Part shown: one piece after another, positions 18,200-27,119 of the stretch | Layout of the letters: every line of letters begins with the position of its first letter | How positions within the stretch are numbered: position 1 is the first letter of the stretch | NCBI GenBank assembly: GCA_021731405.1 | Contig: JAKFXN010000005.1 | Span: 169,892-233,891, forward strand | Length of the DNA stretch: 64,000 bases | Direction of reading: 5' to 3' | From: Candidatus Parcubacteria bacterium | GTDB lineage: Bacteria; Patescibacteriota; Minisyncoccia; Phycocordibacterales; UBA918 | Notes under the pieces: generated by a model | The model's database searches: none | Seen by the model: the letters and a program-made list of their open reading frames with translations, nothing else | Told to the model about the DNA's origin: nothing | Translations under genes and position numbers: made by a program

Positions 18200-19954
18200 A
18201 TGCGTTTACAGCTAGAGCGTTTTTCTCTCATTGATACATTCTTAGAACTCGTAGAACGACGTAAGCCAAGCGATCGTCTTCTTTTGCGTGGCCTCTTCTT
18301 TGCTACTTTGTTTTTAGGTATCTACTTCCTTTTCTCACTCAACCAAGACTACTCTGCGCCCACCCCAACCCGTGGCGGTGTATTGATTGAAGGTATCGTT
18401 GGAATTCCTCGTTTCGTAAACCCAGCCCTTGCCATCACCCGAGCCGACCAAGATACCGTTGCGCTCTTATATAGTGGATTACTCAAGATAGGCACCGACG
18501 GGAAGCTTGTCCCAGACTTAGCTGAAGAAATTATTACTTCAGAAGACGGAAAGACCTACACGGTCAAAATGCAAAAGAATCGTTCGTTTCATGATGGGCG
18601 ACCTATTACCGCAAAAGATGTTATGTATACCATCACCCTTGTCCAAGACCCCGACCTTAAAAGCCCCCTTCGTGGCAACTGGAGTGACGTGACAATTGAA
18701 GAAATTGGGGAATACGAATTTAATATCATCCTTGGTGAAGCCTACTCTCCATTTGTAGAAAACTTTACCCTTGGTATCATGCCCGAACACATCTGGAGTA
18801 CGCTTCCAATTGAGCAACTTCCTTTTAGTCAGCACAATACCGAACCTATCGGCTCAGGACCATTTAGTATTGAAAAAGTAAACCGTGATGCCGCTGGACT
18901 TATTAGTGGCTACTCGCTTATTCCTGCACCAGACAGTAGGGAAAATCCAAACCTAGCCGCAATCGAACTTCGCTTTTTCCAAAACGAAAATCTCCTCGAA
19001 ACTGCTTTTACAAACAAAGAAATAACCAGTACTGTTTACTTACCTACCTCTGTCATCAAGACACTTGATGGTGATGGCATAAAGGTTCTTACCCAACCAC
19101 TCCCGCGTATCTTTGGTGTCTTCTTTAATCAAAACCGGTCACCAGCCCTCAGAGATACCGCCGCCAGAGCAGCCTTGAGTGCAGCTGTTGATAGACAGGC
19201 TATTATTGATGCGGTTGTTGATGGCTATGGTGTCCCCACAACAAAACCTATCCTTGAGGACCAGGGTACGCTAAAATCTACTAGTACCGAAGAGGTAGGC
19301 AGCGCAGTTTTTTCTCTCGAAAATGCGCGCAACATTCTCATAGAAGGCGGCTGGGAACAAAATGAATCTGGCTTCTGGGAAAAAGAAATTGACGATACGG
19401 TTGAAACTCTTAGTCTCACGCTCAAAACCAGCAACTCTGAGCTGTTTGAAAAGACAGTGACTCTCATAGCTGACAATTGGCGCACTCTTGGAGTGGAGAT
19501 ACAAGTAGAACAATACGAACAGACAGGCCTCGTACAATCAGTTATTAGAACCCGCGATTTCCAAGCTCTCCTTTTTGGGCTTGATATGAACCGCACGCAG
19601 GACCTCTATCCGTTTTGGCACTCGTCGCAGAGAGACGATCCGGGTCTCAACATTGCCCAGTACACCAACATCGCTGTCGACCGCTTACTGGAAAAGACCA
19701 GAAATTCACAAGACGAAGCTGAACATCAGCAACTACTCGTAGAAGTAAGTGAGGCACTGACCAAAGAAGTTCCCGCCATCTTCCTTTTCGCTCCAAGCAT
19801 CGCGTACGTTATCAATGAAGAGATAGTACCGACACCAATGGAACGCCTTGGCAAAGCCTCAGACAGATTTATGAATGTACGAGACTGGTACGCAAAGACA
19901 GAGGTAGTGTGGCCAATTTTTCAGAAAGACAACGTAGTTAACGATATTAATTAA
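18200..19954 (+). CDS. Extracellular solute-binding protein family 5 (peptide/nickel ABC-type SBP), membrane anchored
   Basis: 584 aa. N-terminal TM anchor and SBP_bac_5-like architecture. No cognate permease or ATPase in the window. Confidence 0.7.
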   Translation: MRLQLERFSLIDTFLELVERRKPSDRLLLRGLFFATLFLGIYFLFSLNQDYSAPTPTRGGVLIEGIVGIPRFVNPALAITRADQDTVALLYSGLLKIGTDGKLVPDLAEEIITSEDGKTYTVKMQKNRSFHDGRPITAKDVMYTITLVQDPDLKSPLRGNWSDVTIEEIGEYEFNIILGEAYSPFVENFTLGIMPEHIWSTLPIEQLPFSQHNTEPIGSGPFSIEKVNRDAAGLISGYSLIPAPDSRENPNLAAIELRFFQNENLLETAFTNKEITSTVYLPTSVIKTLDGDGIKVLTQPLPRIFGVFFNQNRSPALRDTAARAALSAAVDRQAIIDAVVDGYGVPTTKPILEDQGTLKSTSTEEVGSAVFSLENARNILIEGGWEQNESGFWEKEIDDTVETLSLTLKTSNSELFEKTVTLIADNWRTLGVEIQVEQYEQTGLVQSVIRTRDFQALLFGLDMNRTQDLYPFWHSSQRDDPGLNIAQYTNIAVDRLLEKTRNSQDEAEHQQLLVEVSEALTKEVPAIFLFAPSIAYVINEEIVPTPMERLGKASDRFMNVRDWYAKTEVVWPIFQKDNVVNDIN

Positions 19955-19959
19955 AACAT

Positions 19960-21942
19960 ATGGAACCAAATACAAACCCTTCATCATCTAACCCTCCTAT
20001 CGCTCGGCCACCACGTCGCAGTCATTCACCCTACCGGGGTGGCGGTCGCAGTGGTGCTCCGTCGCACTCACGTGCTGAAGGTACCCAAGGACGGCCACAA
20101 GGCCGCTCAGGCGCTTCGCAAACAGCTGGTGGACGAAAGTCTGAAGGTGGTCGCGGGAAGCGGCGTGGCGGACACCAGCAACGACGTCGGAGCACAACAG
20201 CTCCTGCGCTCACACACCGCATGACTCTTACCAATGAGAAGAACCCTGTTCTTCCAGAAGTGACAGATGAAGACACCGTACGTGTTATCCCTGTTTCGGG
20301 TGTAGAAGAAATCGGACGAAACATGATTATTGTCGAAACAAAAGACGATATCGTGGTTATTGATGCCGGATTCCAATTTGTGTCTGAAGAAAGTAATGCT
20401 CCGGGCATCAACTACATCCTCCCAAACACCCAGTATCTCGAAGAGCGGCGACATAAAATCCGTGCGCTTATCATCACTCACGGTCACCTCGACCACATCG
20501 GTGGTATTCCATTTATTATGGAACGTATTGGAAACCCACCAATTTACACCCAGTACCTCACCTCTCTCATGATTCTTAAGCGTCAGGAGGAATTTCCGCA
20601 TATGGACCCTGTCACCATGCAGGTAATCAAAGAAGGTGAATCTTTTACGGTTGGAAAACTAAAAGTTAAGACCTTCCCTGTTACTCACTCTATCCCAGAC
20701 GCTATGGGAGTAGCGGTAGAAACTAAGCACGGAGACGTGGTTATCACTGGTGACATTAAACTCGTCCACGAAGAAGGAAAGGTGGTAGTTGAAGAGCGAG
20801 CTTCATGGGAAAAAGTTGGCCTCAATAAGAACCTTGTGCTTCTTTGCGACTCTACCAACGCCGACCGAGAAGGTTTCTCTGCTTCAGAAGAGCGAGTGTA
20901 CGAGACACTTGAAAGTATCATCCGTGCTGCTACTGGACGCCTCATTATTGGTACCTTTGCATCACAATTCGATCGCCTCATCAACATCATCAAGACCTGT
21001 GAAGCGACAGGTAAGAAGGTTTTGATGGAAGGACGTAGTATCAAGACCAATATCGACATTGCCATCATGGCAAAGCTTCTTGAGGTAAAGCCACACACCT
21101 TTATCGGTGCGGGCGACTTAGGAGACTATCCGAGTGATAAGATTGTTATTCTTTCAACTGGTGCACAGGGAGAAGAGTTTGCTGCGCTTATGCGTATGGC
21201 AACAGACAAACATAAGTTTGTCACCCTCAACGAACGTGACACTGTTGTGCTTTCATCATCTATTATTCCAGGAAACGAAATCGCGGTACAGAAGCTCAAA
21301 GATAATATTTACCGCAAAAACGTAAAAGTTATCAACTACAAGGGTTCACATGTTCACTCTTCAGGACACGGAAACGCCGGTGAGCTCGTGTGGGTACACC
21401 AAGCAGTAAAGCCAAAGTTTTTGGTACCCGTTCACGGACATCACTACCACCTCAAGAGCCACATGTATGCCGCTATCGAAAACGGCTTCCCTCGTGAAAA
21501 CGTAGTAGTTCCAGACAACGGTACTATCATCGATATCAAAAACGGTACTGAATTAATTCGACATGCAGTAAAGATACCGACTGAGATGGTGCTTGTAGAC
21601 GGCTTCACTGTAGGAACACGCCAAGAGGTGGTGCTTCGCGACCGTCTCAGCTTAGCTCAAGATGGAATGTTTGTGATTATTGCGACAGTAAACAGCAAGA
21701 CTGGAAAACTTCGCAAGTCACCAGACATCATCTCTCGAGGCTTTGTGTATCTTCGTGAAAACCAACAGCTTCTTTCTGAAGCACGTGTTCTCATCAAGCG
21801 AACAGTGGAAAAAGAAACTGAGCGCATGAACCCAATCGATCTTGATTTGGTTAAAGACCAACTCACCGATGTAGTTAGTGGTTTCTTGATGCAGAAGACA
21901 CAAAAGACACCAATGGTTATTCCTGTACTGATTGGAGTGTAA
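19960..21942 (+). CDS. rnj: Ribonuclease J (metallo-beta-lactamase/beta-CASP) with Arg/Gly-rich N-terminal extension
   Basis: HGHLDHIGG motif and N-terminal RVIPVSGVEEIGRNMIIVET. The first roughly 87 aa are RG/RGG/Pro-rich and about 65% GC. The canonical core would start near 20221. Confidence 0.85.
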   Translation: MEPNTNPSSSNPPIARPPRRSHSPYRGGGRSGAPSHSRAEGTQGRPQGRSGASQTAGGRKSEGGRGKRRGGHQQRRRSTTAPALTHRMTLTNEKNPVLPEVTDEDTVRVIPVSGVEEIGRNMIIVETKDDIVVIDAGFQFVSEESNAPGINYILPNTQYLEERRHKIRALIITHGHLDHIGGIPFIMERIGNPPIYTQYLTSLMILKRQEEFPHMDPVTMQVIKEGESFTVGKLKVKTFPVTHSIPDAMGVAVETKHGDVVITGDIKLVHEEGKVVVEERASWEKVGLNKNLVLLCDSTNADREGFSASEERVYETLESIIRAATGRLIIGTFASQFDRLINIIKTCEATGKKVLMEGRSIKTNIDIAIMAKLLEVKPHTFIGAGDLGDYPSDKIVILSTGAQGEEFAALMRMATDKHKFVTLNERDTVVLSSSIIPGNEIAVQKLKDNIYRKNVKVINYKGSHVHSSGHGNAGELVWVHQAVKPKFLVPVHGHHYHLKSHMYAAIENGFPRENVVVPDNGTIIDIKNGTELIRHAVKIPTEMVLVDGFTVGTRQEVVLRDRLSLAQDGMFVIIATVNSKTGKLRKSPDIISRGFVYLRENQQLLSEARVLIKRTVEKETERMNPIDLDLVKDQLTDVVSGFLMQKTQKTPMVIPVLIGV

Positions 21943-21963
21943 GGTTTTCCCGTACTCATCCAA

Positions 21964-22013
21964 ATGACGATAAAAATCCATAGTACACTAGTACTATGGA
22001 TTTTTATCGTCAT
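21964..22013. repeat. Perfect 50-bp palindrome (23-bp arms, 4-nt centre)
   Basis: atgacgataaaaatccatagtac-acta-gtactatggatttttatcgtcat. It generates mirrored ORF starts on both strands. Confidence 0.85.
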
Positions 22014-23195
22014 CTCTTCCTTACCGACGGACCCGGAAAAGAACTTTCTTTTGCCTTGGTGTACACCATCTCAATTATTTTCACTTTCCTTTCTCTTCTC
22101 ACTGCCTACAGTAGCTCTACCTACCTTGAGCAGTTTGTGGCTCCAGAGTATGTTGGTGTTATTTTTGCGGTTGCAGCCGGCTTTGCCATCGTAGCAACCC
22201 TCCTACTGCCGCGCTTACTGCGAGCGATTGGAAATGTACAGAGCACACTCCTTATTATGCTCGTGATGATTGTCTCGCTAGTGCTTGTTGCCTTCGCCCC
22301 TACTCCCGCTATCACTATTGGAGCATTTATTATTTTTATGGGGCTCTATCCGCAGATTTACTTTAATATCGACATCTTTCTTGAGACCTTAATTGGAAAT
22401 GACGAGGGTTCCACTGGAACCCGCCGCGGATTCATTTTGACCCTCATGAGCATGGCGGCCTTTTTCTCACCACTCGCCATGGGCTATATCATCGGTGACA
22501 GCAACAACCTTGCTGGTGTCTACTATGTAGCAGCAGCGGTTGGTCTTGTTTTTATGGCAGTTATCCTAGCAAAGTTTAGACACTTCTACGACCCAGTCTA
22601 TACCACCATCCGCGTCCGCGACCTCTGTATTAGCGCACTCACGAGCAAAGACATTAGTACCGTTTTAACCACTCAGTTTCTACTGCAATTCTTTTATACC
22701 TGGGCAGTTATTTACTTCCCTCTCTATATGGCGACCGTAGTTGGCTTTAGTTGGGAAACCATCAGTCAGATTATTGCGGTAGGCCTTTTTGCTTTTGTGG
22801 TCTTTGAATACCCAATTGGAATTATTGGCGATAGACATATTGGAGAAAAAGAAATGATGGCGCTTGGCTTTGTGGTCTTAGCGCTAGCTTCAGCTTGTAT
22901 ATTCCTTATGGGTAACGCTTCAATGTATTTATGGATGGCCCTTATGTTTATCAGTCGCTTTGGGGCCAGCCTGGTTGAGGTTACTACCGAGAGTTATTTC
23001 TTCAAACAGGTGAAGGGGCATGATTCAAACCTCATCAGTCTTTTCCGTCTCACACGGCCACTTGGGAATCTTATTGGTGCCATAGTTGGTAGTCTCTGCC
23101 TTCTCTTCTTACCGTTTGAGTTTATGTTTATTATTCTTGGACTTATTATGGCTTCAGGAGCATTCATCACTCTGCGCATCACTGACACTAAGTAG
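21996..23195 (+). CDS. MFS-type transporter
   Basis: About 12 TM helices. The start codon lies inside the right arm of the palindrome. Confidence 0.65.
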   Translation: MDFYRHLFLTDGPGKELSFALVYTISIIFTFLSLLTAYSSSTYLEQFVAPEYVGVIFAVAAGFAIVATLLLPRLLRAIGNVQSTLLIMLVMIVSLVLVAFAPTPAITIGAFIIFMGLYPQIYFNIDIFLETLIGNDEGSTGTRRGFILTLMSMAAFFSPLAMGYIIGDSNNLAGVYYVAAAVGLVFMAVILAKFRHFYDPVYTTIRVRDLCISALTSKDISTVLTTQFLLQFFYTWAVIYFPLYMATVVGFSWETISQIIAVGLFAFVVFEYPIGIIGDRHIGEKEMMALGFVVLALASACIFLMGNASMYLWMALMFISRFGASLVEVTTESYFFKQVKGHDSNLISLFRLTRPLGNLIGAIVGSLCLLFLPFEFMFIILGLIMASGAFITLRITDTK

Positions 23196-24006
23196 CTATT
23201 TTAAAACCACTTTTGGTACTTGTTATCATTCCTTCATTCACTAGTTTCTCTAACTGGATTTTGATTCGAGACTTTTCATACTCGACTAGCAAACCTGATA
23301 ACTTCTCCGCCGTAATTGATTTTTTGAGCGGTGTAATCGTACGTACAATTGCTCCGCGTATTTGCCTGTCACTACCAACAAATGTTTTTTGCTTGGTGTA
23401 GTTTTTACTACGCTTATTATTACTCCCAAATTCTTTTTTTAAATATGTCCCGTAATCCATGAGTGCGTAATACCACTCTCTGTAATTACTCTTCGGTAGC
23501 GTACTTTCAATTAACTTTAAAAGCTCTGCATCAGAGACCGTCTCTTTTGTATCTTTAAAATAGTGGTGTATATACACCGTACGGATGTTGGTTTCAATCA
23601 TCACCACAGGCTTATCATAAGCAAAAGCCAAGACTGCTGAAGCGGTATATGGTCCTATGCCAGGTAGATTTTGGAGAGCTTCTTTTGTGCTTGGAAAGGT
23701 TCCCCTGTTTTTTACTACCGCCTCAGCTGTAGCTTTAAGAAATTTGGCACGTCTATTGTATCCAAGACCAACCCAGAGCGCGAGTACTTCCCGTAGTGGA
23801 GCTTTCGCCAAGTCATCTATTGTTGGAAAGGCTTTAAGAAATGCTTTGTATTTTGGAATTACTCGCTCTACTTGCGTCTGCTGAAGCATCATCTCAGATA
23901 CTAAAATATGATACGGACTTTTGGTATGTCGCCAAGACAAATCATGTCTGGCTTGTTTTTTGTAGTGAGTTTTGACTATCTTTCTGAAAGCGGCAGGAGC
24001 CAACAT
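23188..24006 (-). CDS. HhH-GPD superfamily DNA glycosylase (MutY/Nth-like)
   Basis: MLQQTQVERVIPKY…LPGIGPYTASAVLAFAY helix-hairpin-helix with GPD. No obvious C-terminal 4Fe-4S cysteines. Likely start at the MLAPAAF Met. Confidence 0.65.
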   Translation of the reverse strand: MLAPAAFRKIVKTHYKKQARHDLSWRHTKSPYHILVSEMMLQQTQVERVIPKYKAFLKAFPTIDDLAKAPLREVLALWVGLGYNRRAKFLKATAEAVVKNRGTFPSTKEALQNLPGIGPYTASAVLAFAYDKPVVMIETNIRTVYIHHYFKDTKETVSDAELLKLIESTLPKSNYREWYYALMDYGTYLKKEFGSNNKRSKNYTKQKTFVGSDRQIRGAIVRTITPLKKSITAEKLSGLLVEYEKSRIKIQLEKLVNEGMITSTKSGFKIAT

Positions 24007-24017
24007 ATGAAGAGCTC

Positions 24018-24704
24018 TTACAAATGATAAATAACATCTTTGCGCTCCACTACCACTTCCCACTTCATGCGTTTTGCATGCGCATAGAGCGCTTGGTTTG
24101 GGTTAAAGCAAATCGGATGCTCTACCGCTTCAAGAAGTGGGATATCACCTTCAGTATCACCTACCGCAATTGAGTCCTTGAGAGTAAGTTCAGGATTATG
24201 ATCAAAAACACGCTTCACAATGTTGGCCTTATTTTTTATCCAATGTTCATCTATGACTGCTCCTGTGAAGCGGTCTTGTGGACCAATCTCATAGAGTCGG
24301 CCGTACACTTTATCAAAACCATATTGAGTACAAAAATCATCAAGTACCGTTTTAGGTGACTGCGAGATAGCGATGATATGGTAGTCATCAGCCTTTAAAT
24401 CTTTTATCAAATCACGGGTATAACGATATACTCGACGCCGCTGCACGGCCACCACTTGCCGTCCGACATCTGCCATATCGCCATAATGTACACCTTGGAG
24501 ATGTTCTCGAAATGTTTTTACTACTGCATCAATATACGCTTCATAATCACCCTCGCGATTCCACCACGCCTCATGCGCTTCTCTAAATTCTTCTTGTGCT
24601 TCAACTGGAAAATGTCCGGCCTTGATAAGAGAATCGACAAGCTCAATAAGTAAACTTGAACGAAAGACCGTTCCGTCAATATCAAAGAAAGCTACCTTTT
24701 GCAT
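24018..24704 (-). CDS. HAD-superfamily hydrolase (subfamily IB-like)
   Basis: N-terminal FFDIDGTV motif I and a C-terminal GDTEGD motif. Confidence 0.75.
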   Translation of the reverse strand: MQKVAFFDIDGTVFRSSLLIELVDSLIKAGHFPVEAQEEFREAHEAWWNREGDYEAYIDAVVKTFREHLQGVHYGDMADVGRQVVAVQRRRVYRYTRDLIKDLKADDYHIIAISQSPKTVLDDFCTQYGFDKVYGRLYEIGPQDRFTGAVIDEHWIKNKANIVKRVFDHNPELTLKDSIAVGDTEGDIPLLEAVEHPICFNPNQALYAHAKRMKWEVVVERKDVIYHL

Positions 24705-24727
24705 GTAGTAAGTGTATCAAAAAAAGG

Positions 24728-24755
24728 AAAGGCCTGCTCAAAAAAGCAGGCCTTT
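24728..24755 (-). terminator. Intrinsic terminator/attenuator hairpin about 15 nt upstream of the HAD start codon
   Basis: On the minus strand: aaaggcctgc-ttttttga-gcaggccttt followed by TTTTTTT. It lies at the end of a 260-nt untranslated stretch downstream of 25017..25859. Confidence 0.5.
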
Positions 24756-25016
24756 GCTACATACAACAATGAAAGAACAGACGAATTAGTTGGTCAACCT
24801 CATGATGTACACCCTATAGTGCAGTATACTCAATTTCCGCGGATGCACCCACTGGTACACCTATCAGGTACGCTTGAACGCCATGAAACGGGGGATCCAA
24901 ACAACCCTCAAAATGTCCGCAAGCAGATGCTCAGATCTGAGATCTGGTATAAAGCGACAGGGATAATCGAGGTCGACCACTTACGATGGTACCTCATTCT
25001 AAAAAACCTGCAAGTG

Positions 25017-25859
25017 CTACTGAATAGCAATCCAAACAGGGCGTAGTTCATGCCAAACCTCCTTTGTGAGCACCTCTTCTTTGTACTCACCCTCTATCAT
25101 TCTTCCCATACCCTCAATCACAATTGAATCATCAACATGGACCGCTTTGGTGTATCCTAAAAACCCACTGCCGTCAGCTTTTGTGTATTCAAAAACCGCC
25201 CCTGTCTTTGGCATGATGCCAATCTGAATTCCCATCTGACCCTTAAGCAGATTTTGCCACTGCCCAGCAAGGCGTGGTCTTGTACTCTTCCACACAATAC
25301 TACGACCAGCCAAAAGCAGCCGGTACATTACAAACTCTACCCCTAAAAGCGGCATACATAGCTCAGTGGTAAAAAATTCATCGCGTATCAAGCGTCGAAC
25401 TTTTTTGGTATCAGGATGATTGGCAGAATATATTTCACCAGTATGAAACTCAGCAAAAATCTCATCTTTGTGAGTCGTCAATTCGTCTTTCAAAATAAAT
25501 AGCGTGCTGCCGTCGTTTGCAACCCGCGCAAAGCGACCTTCGTATCCAAGCACCGTAACCGCTGTCGCATACGGAAAAGATTTTACCACCCCGTCAAACG
25601 TCCAGACCGGACGATGAAACGCTTTTGCTTCGGTGGTTAGTATGTACGCTGTATCTCCATAGAGACCATCCACATTTGTCTGCGGTGGATTTAGAAAAAC
25701 TTGTTTTTCTGGAGCCGCGATAAGTGGCGTGTTTTGTGCGACATTCTCTTTGCGCGGAGTCTCTAAAGTAAGAGCTGTCTCATTTACTATTTCTTTTGAC
25801 TCTTGGCTCCACAAAAAGTCCCATAAGTCATTTAGTACAGCGATGATAGTTGCAGTCAT
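25017..25859 (-). CDS. Hypothetical protein (possible SH3-like N-terminal domain)
   Basis: 280 aa. No confident family. Weak SH3b-like segment (GDTAYILTTEAKAFHRPVW…GRFARV). Confidence 0.35.
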   Translation of the reverse strand: MTATIIAVLNDLWDFLWSQESKEIVNETALTLETPRKENVAQNTPLIAAPEKQVFLNPPQTNVDGLYGDTAYILTTEAKAFHRPVWTFDGVVKSFPYATAVTVLGYEGRFARVANDGSTLFILKDELTTHKDEIFAEFHTGEIYSANHPDTKKVRRLIRDEFFTTELCMPLLGVEFVMYRLLLAGRSIVWKSTRPRLAGQWQNLLKGQMGIQIGIMPKTGAVFEYTKADGSGFLGYTKAVHVDDSIVIEGMGRMIEGEYKEEVLTKEVWHELRPVWIAIQ

Positions 25860-25895
25860 ACAGTGATTCAGTCAATGACGCGAATAAAGGTTTGA

Positions 25896-26996
25896 TTACG
25901 AAAAACGGATCAAGCGGTATACGTGAGTAGATAGTGCCCCAAGAGTAACAAAGAAAGCGGCGAGAAGGACCACTGGGCCCAAGAGTGGGACAAACAGCAG
26001 CGCCATTACCATGGCAGTTCCAAGGACGATATATGGAATTGAGACACTTGGTGTCTTGGTAGAAAGCTTTGCGATGTATGCTCCAACGGTAATACCAAGG
26101 ATCGTGAGAGTAACAAAAATAAGGACAAAATAAGAAAAGAGAAGTGTCACACCAAGCAAACTACCAAGGGTACTCATAAGTAAGATACCGACTGCTATTG
26201 GTACGAGGAAGAAAATTCCAAAACCAATGAGCATGCTACGGAGAGTGTGTTCTCCAGTATGAATCACTACTTTATTAAGAAGCCGTCTAAAGAACAAGAA
26301 CCACACCAGAGCGGCGAATAGTACGACAAGAAGCGGAATCATCACTGTCCGCACACCATCTACCTCTGCCAGCACGGGATCGTTTTTAACCACCGCTCCG
26401 GCTACTCGAGCGTTTTGAGCACGCACAATCTCGACACCACTGGTGTACTTTATGAGTCCAGCCACATCTGCTCGTTCACCAAGTGTGAGACCGGCAGTTT
26501 TGATGTCGATGTCGCCGCCAACTGTTCCGTCTACTCGTATCTTTTCACTTGTACCAAAAATTGATTTACCAACAGTACCGGCAATCTCAGCGTTTGTGCC
26601 AAAGAAAATAATGTCTCCTGCCACGTTTGCTGTAGATAAAACCGTCAGACTTCCCGCTACTACCACCAAGTCCCCAAGTACTTCACCGGCCACTGTCACT
26701 TCGCCAGCTACAATGCGAACATCATCTCCAATCACTCCATCAATGTCTACGCCGCCTGCCAAAGCAGACAAATCCGAACCTACTCGCCCATTAACTGTTA
26801 CGTTGGTACCGGCCACCAGTAAGTCCCCTGTCACTTCTCCAGAGACGGCAATTGCATTGCTGAGACCATAAAAATCACCTTCCACTGCTTGTTCAGCTGA
26901 AATAGTTACCGATTCGCCAGTACGAAGCACAGAAGAAGCAAAGACCATCCCCGGTAAAGCAAAGACGGTAACAATGAGTAGCGAAAGTCGTAACAT
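25896..26996 (-). CDS. Exported beta-helical repeat protein (bactofilin/DUF4097-like repeats) with C-terminal 4-TM domain
   Basis: Signal peptide, then many G-x-V-x-V/x-G-D-L/I repeats, then hydrophobic C-terminal helices. Confidence 0.5.
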   Translation of the reverse strand: MLRLSLLIVTVFALPGMVFASSVLRTGESVTISAEQAVEGDFYGLSNAIAVSGEVTGDLLVAGTNVTVNGRVGSDLSALAGGVDIDGVIGDDVRIVAGEVTVAGEVLGDLVVVAGSLTVLSTANVAGDIIFFGTNAEIAGTVGKSIFGTSEKIRVDGTVGGDIDIKTAGLTLGERADVAGLIKYTSGVEIVRAQNARVAGAVVKNDPVLAEVDGVRTVMIPLLVVLFAALVWFLFFRRLLNKVVIHTGEHTLRSMLIGFGIFFLVPIAVGILLMSTLGSLLGVTLLFSYFVLIFVTLTILGITVGAYIAKLSTKTPSVSIPYIVLGTAMVMALLFVPLLGPVVLLAAFFVTLGALSTHVYRLIRFS

Positions 26997-27119
26997 GATT
27001 AATTAGATAAAATTAAATTGTTTACTATGCACTGGAAACCCAAACACTAGCCAAGCTAGTGTTATAGTACATAGGTATTAGAGCTATAGTATAGCACATG
27101 TAACGTATCCGAGTATTTT

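Noticed and set aside
20031-20601. Minus-strand ORFs of 126 and 164 aa overlapping the rnj 5' region
   Set aside because: Created by the GC-rich RG-coding segment (few stop codons in any frame). RNase J homology on the + strand explains the region.
21657-22013. 118-aa minus-strand ORF starting MTIKIHSTSVLW
   Set aside because: Its start is the mirror image of the palindrome arm and the body is antisense to the RNase J 3' end. It is an artefact of the inverted repeat.
24699-25046. 115-aa + ORF
   Set aside because: It reads through the terminator hairpin and overlaps the HAD gene start, and has no domain. The region is better explained as a non-coding leader or terminator.
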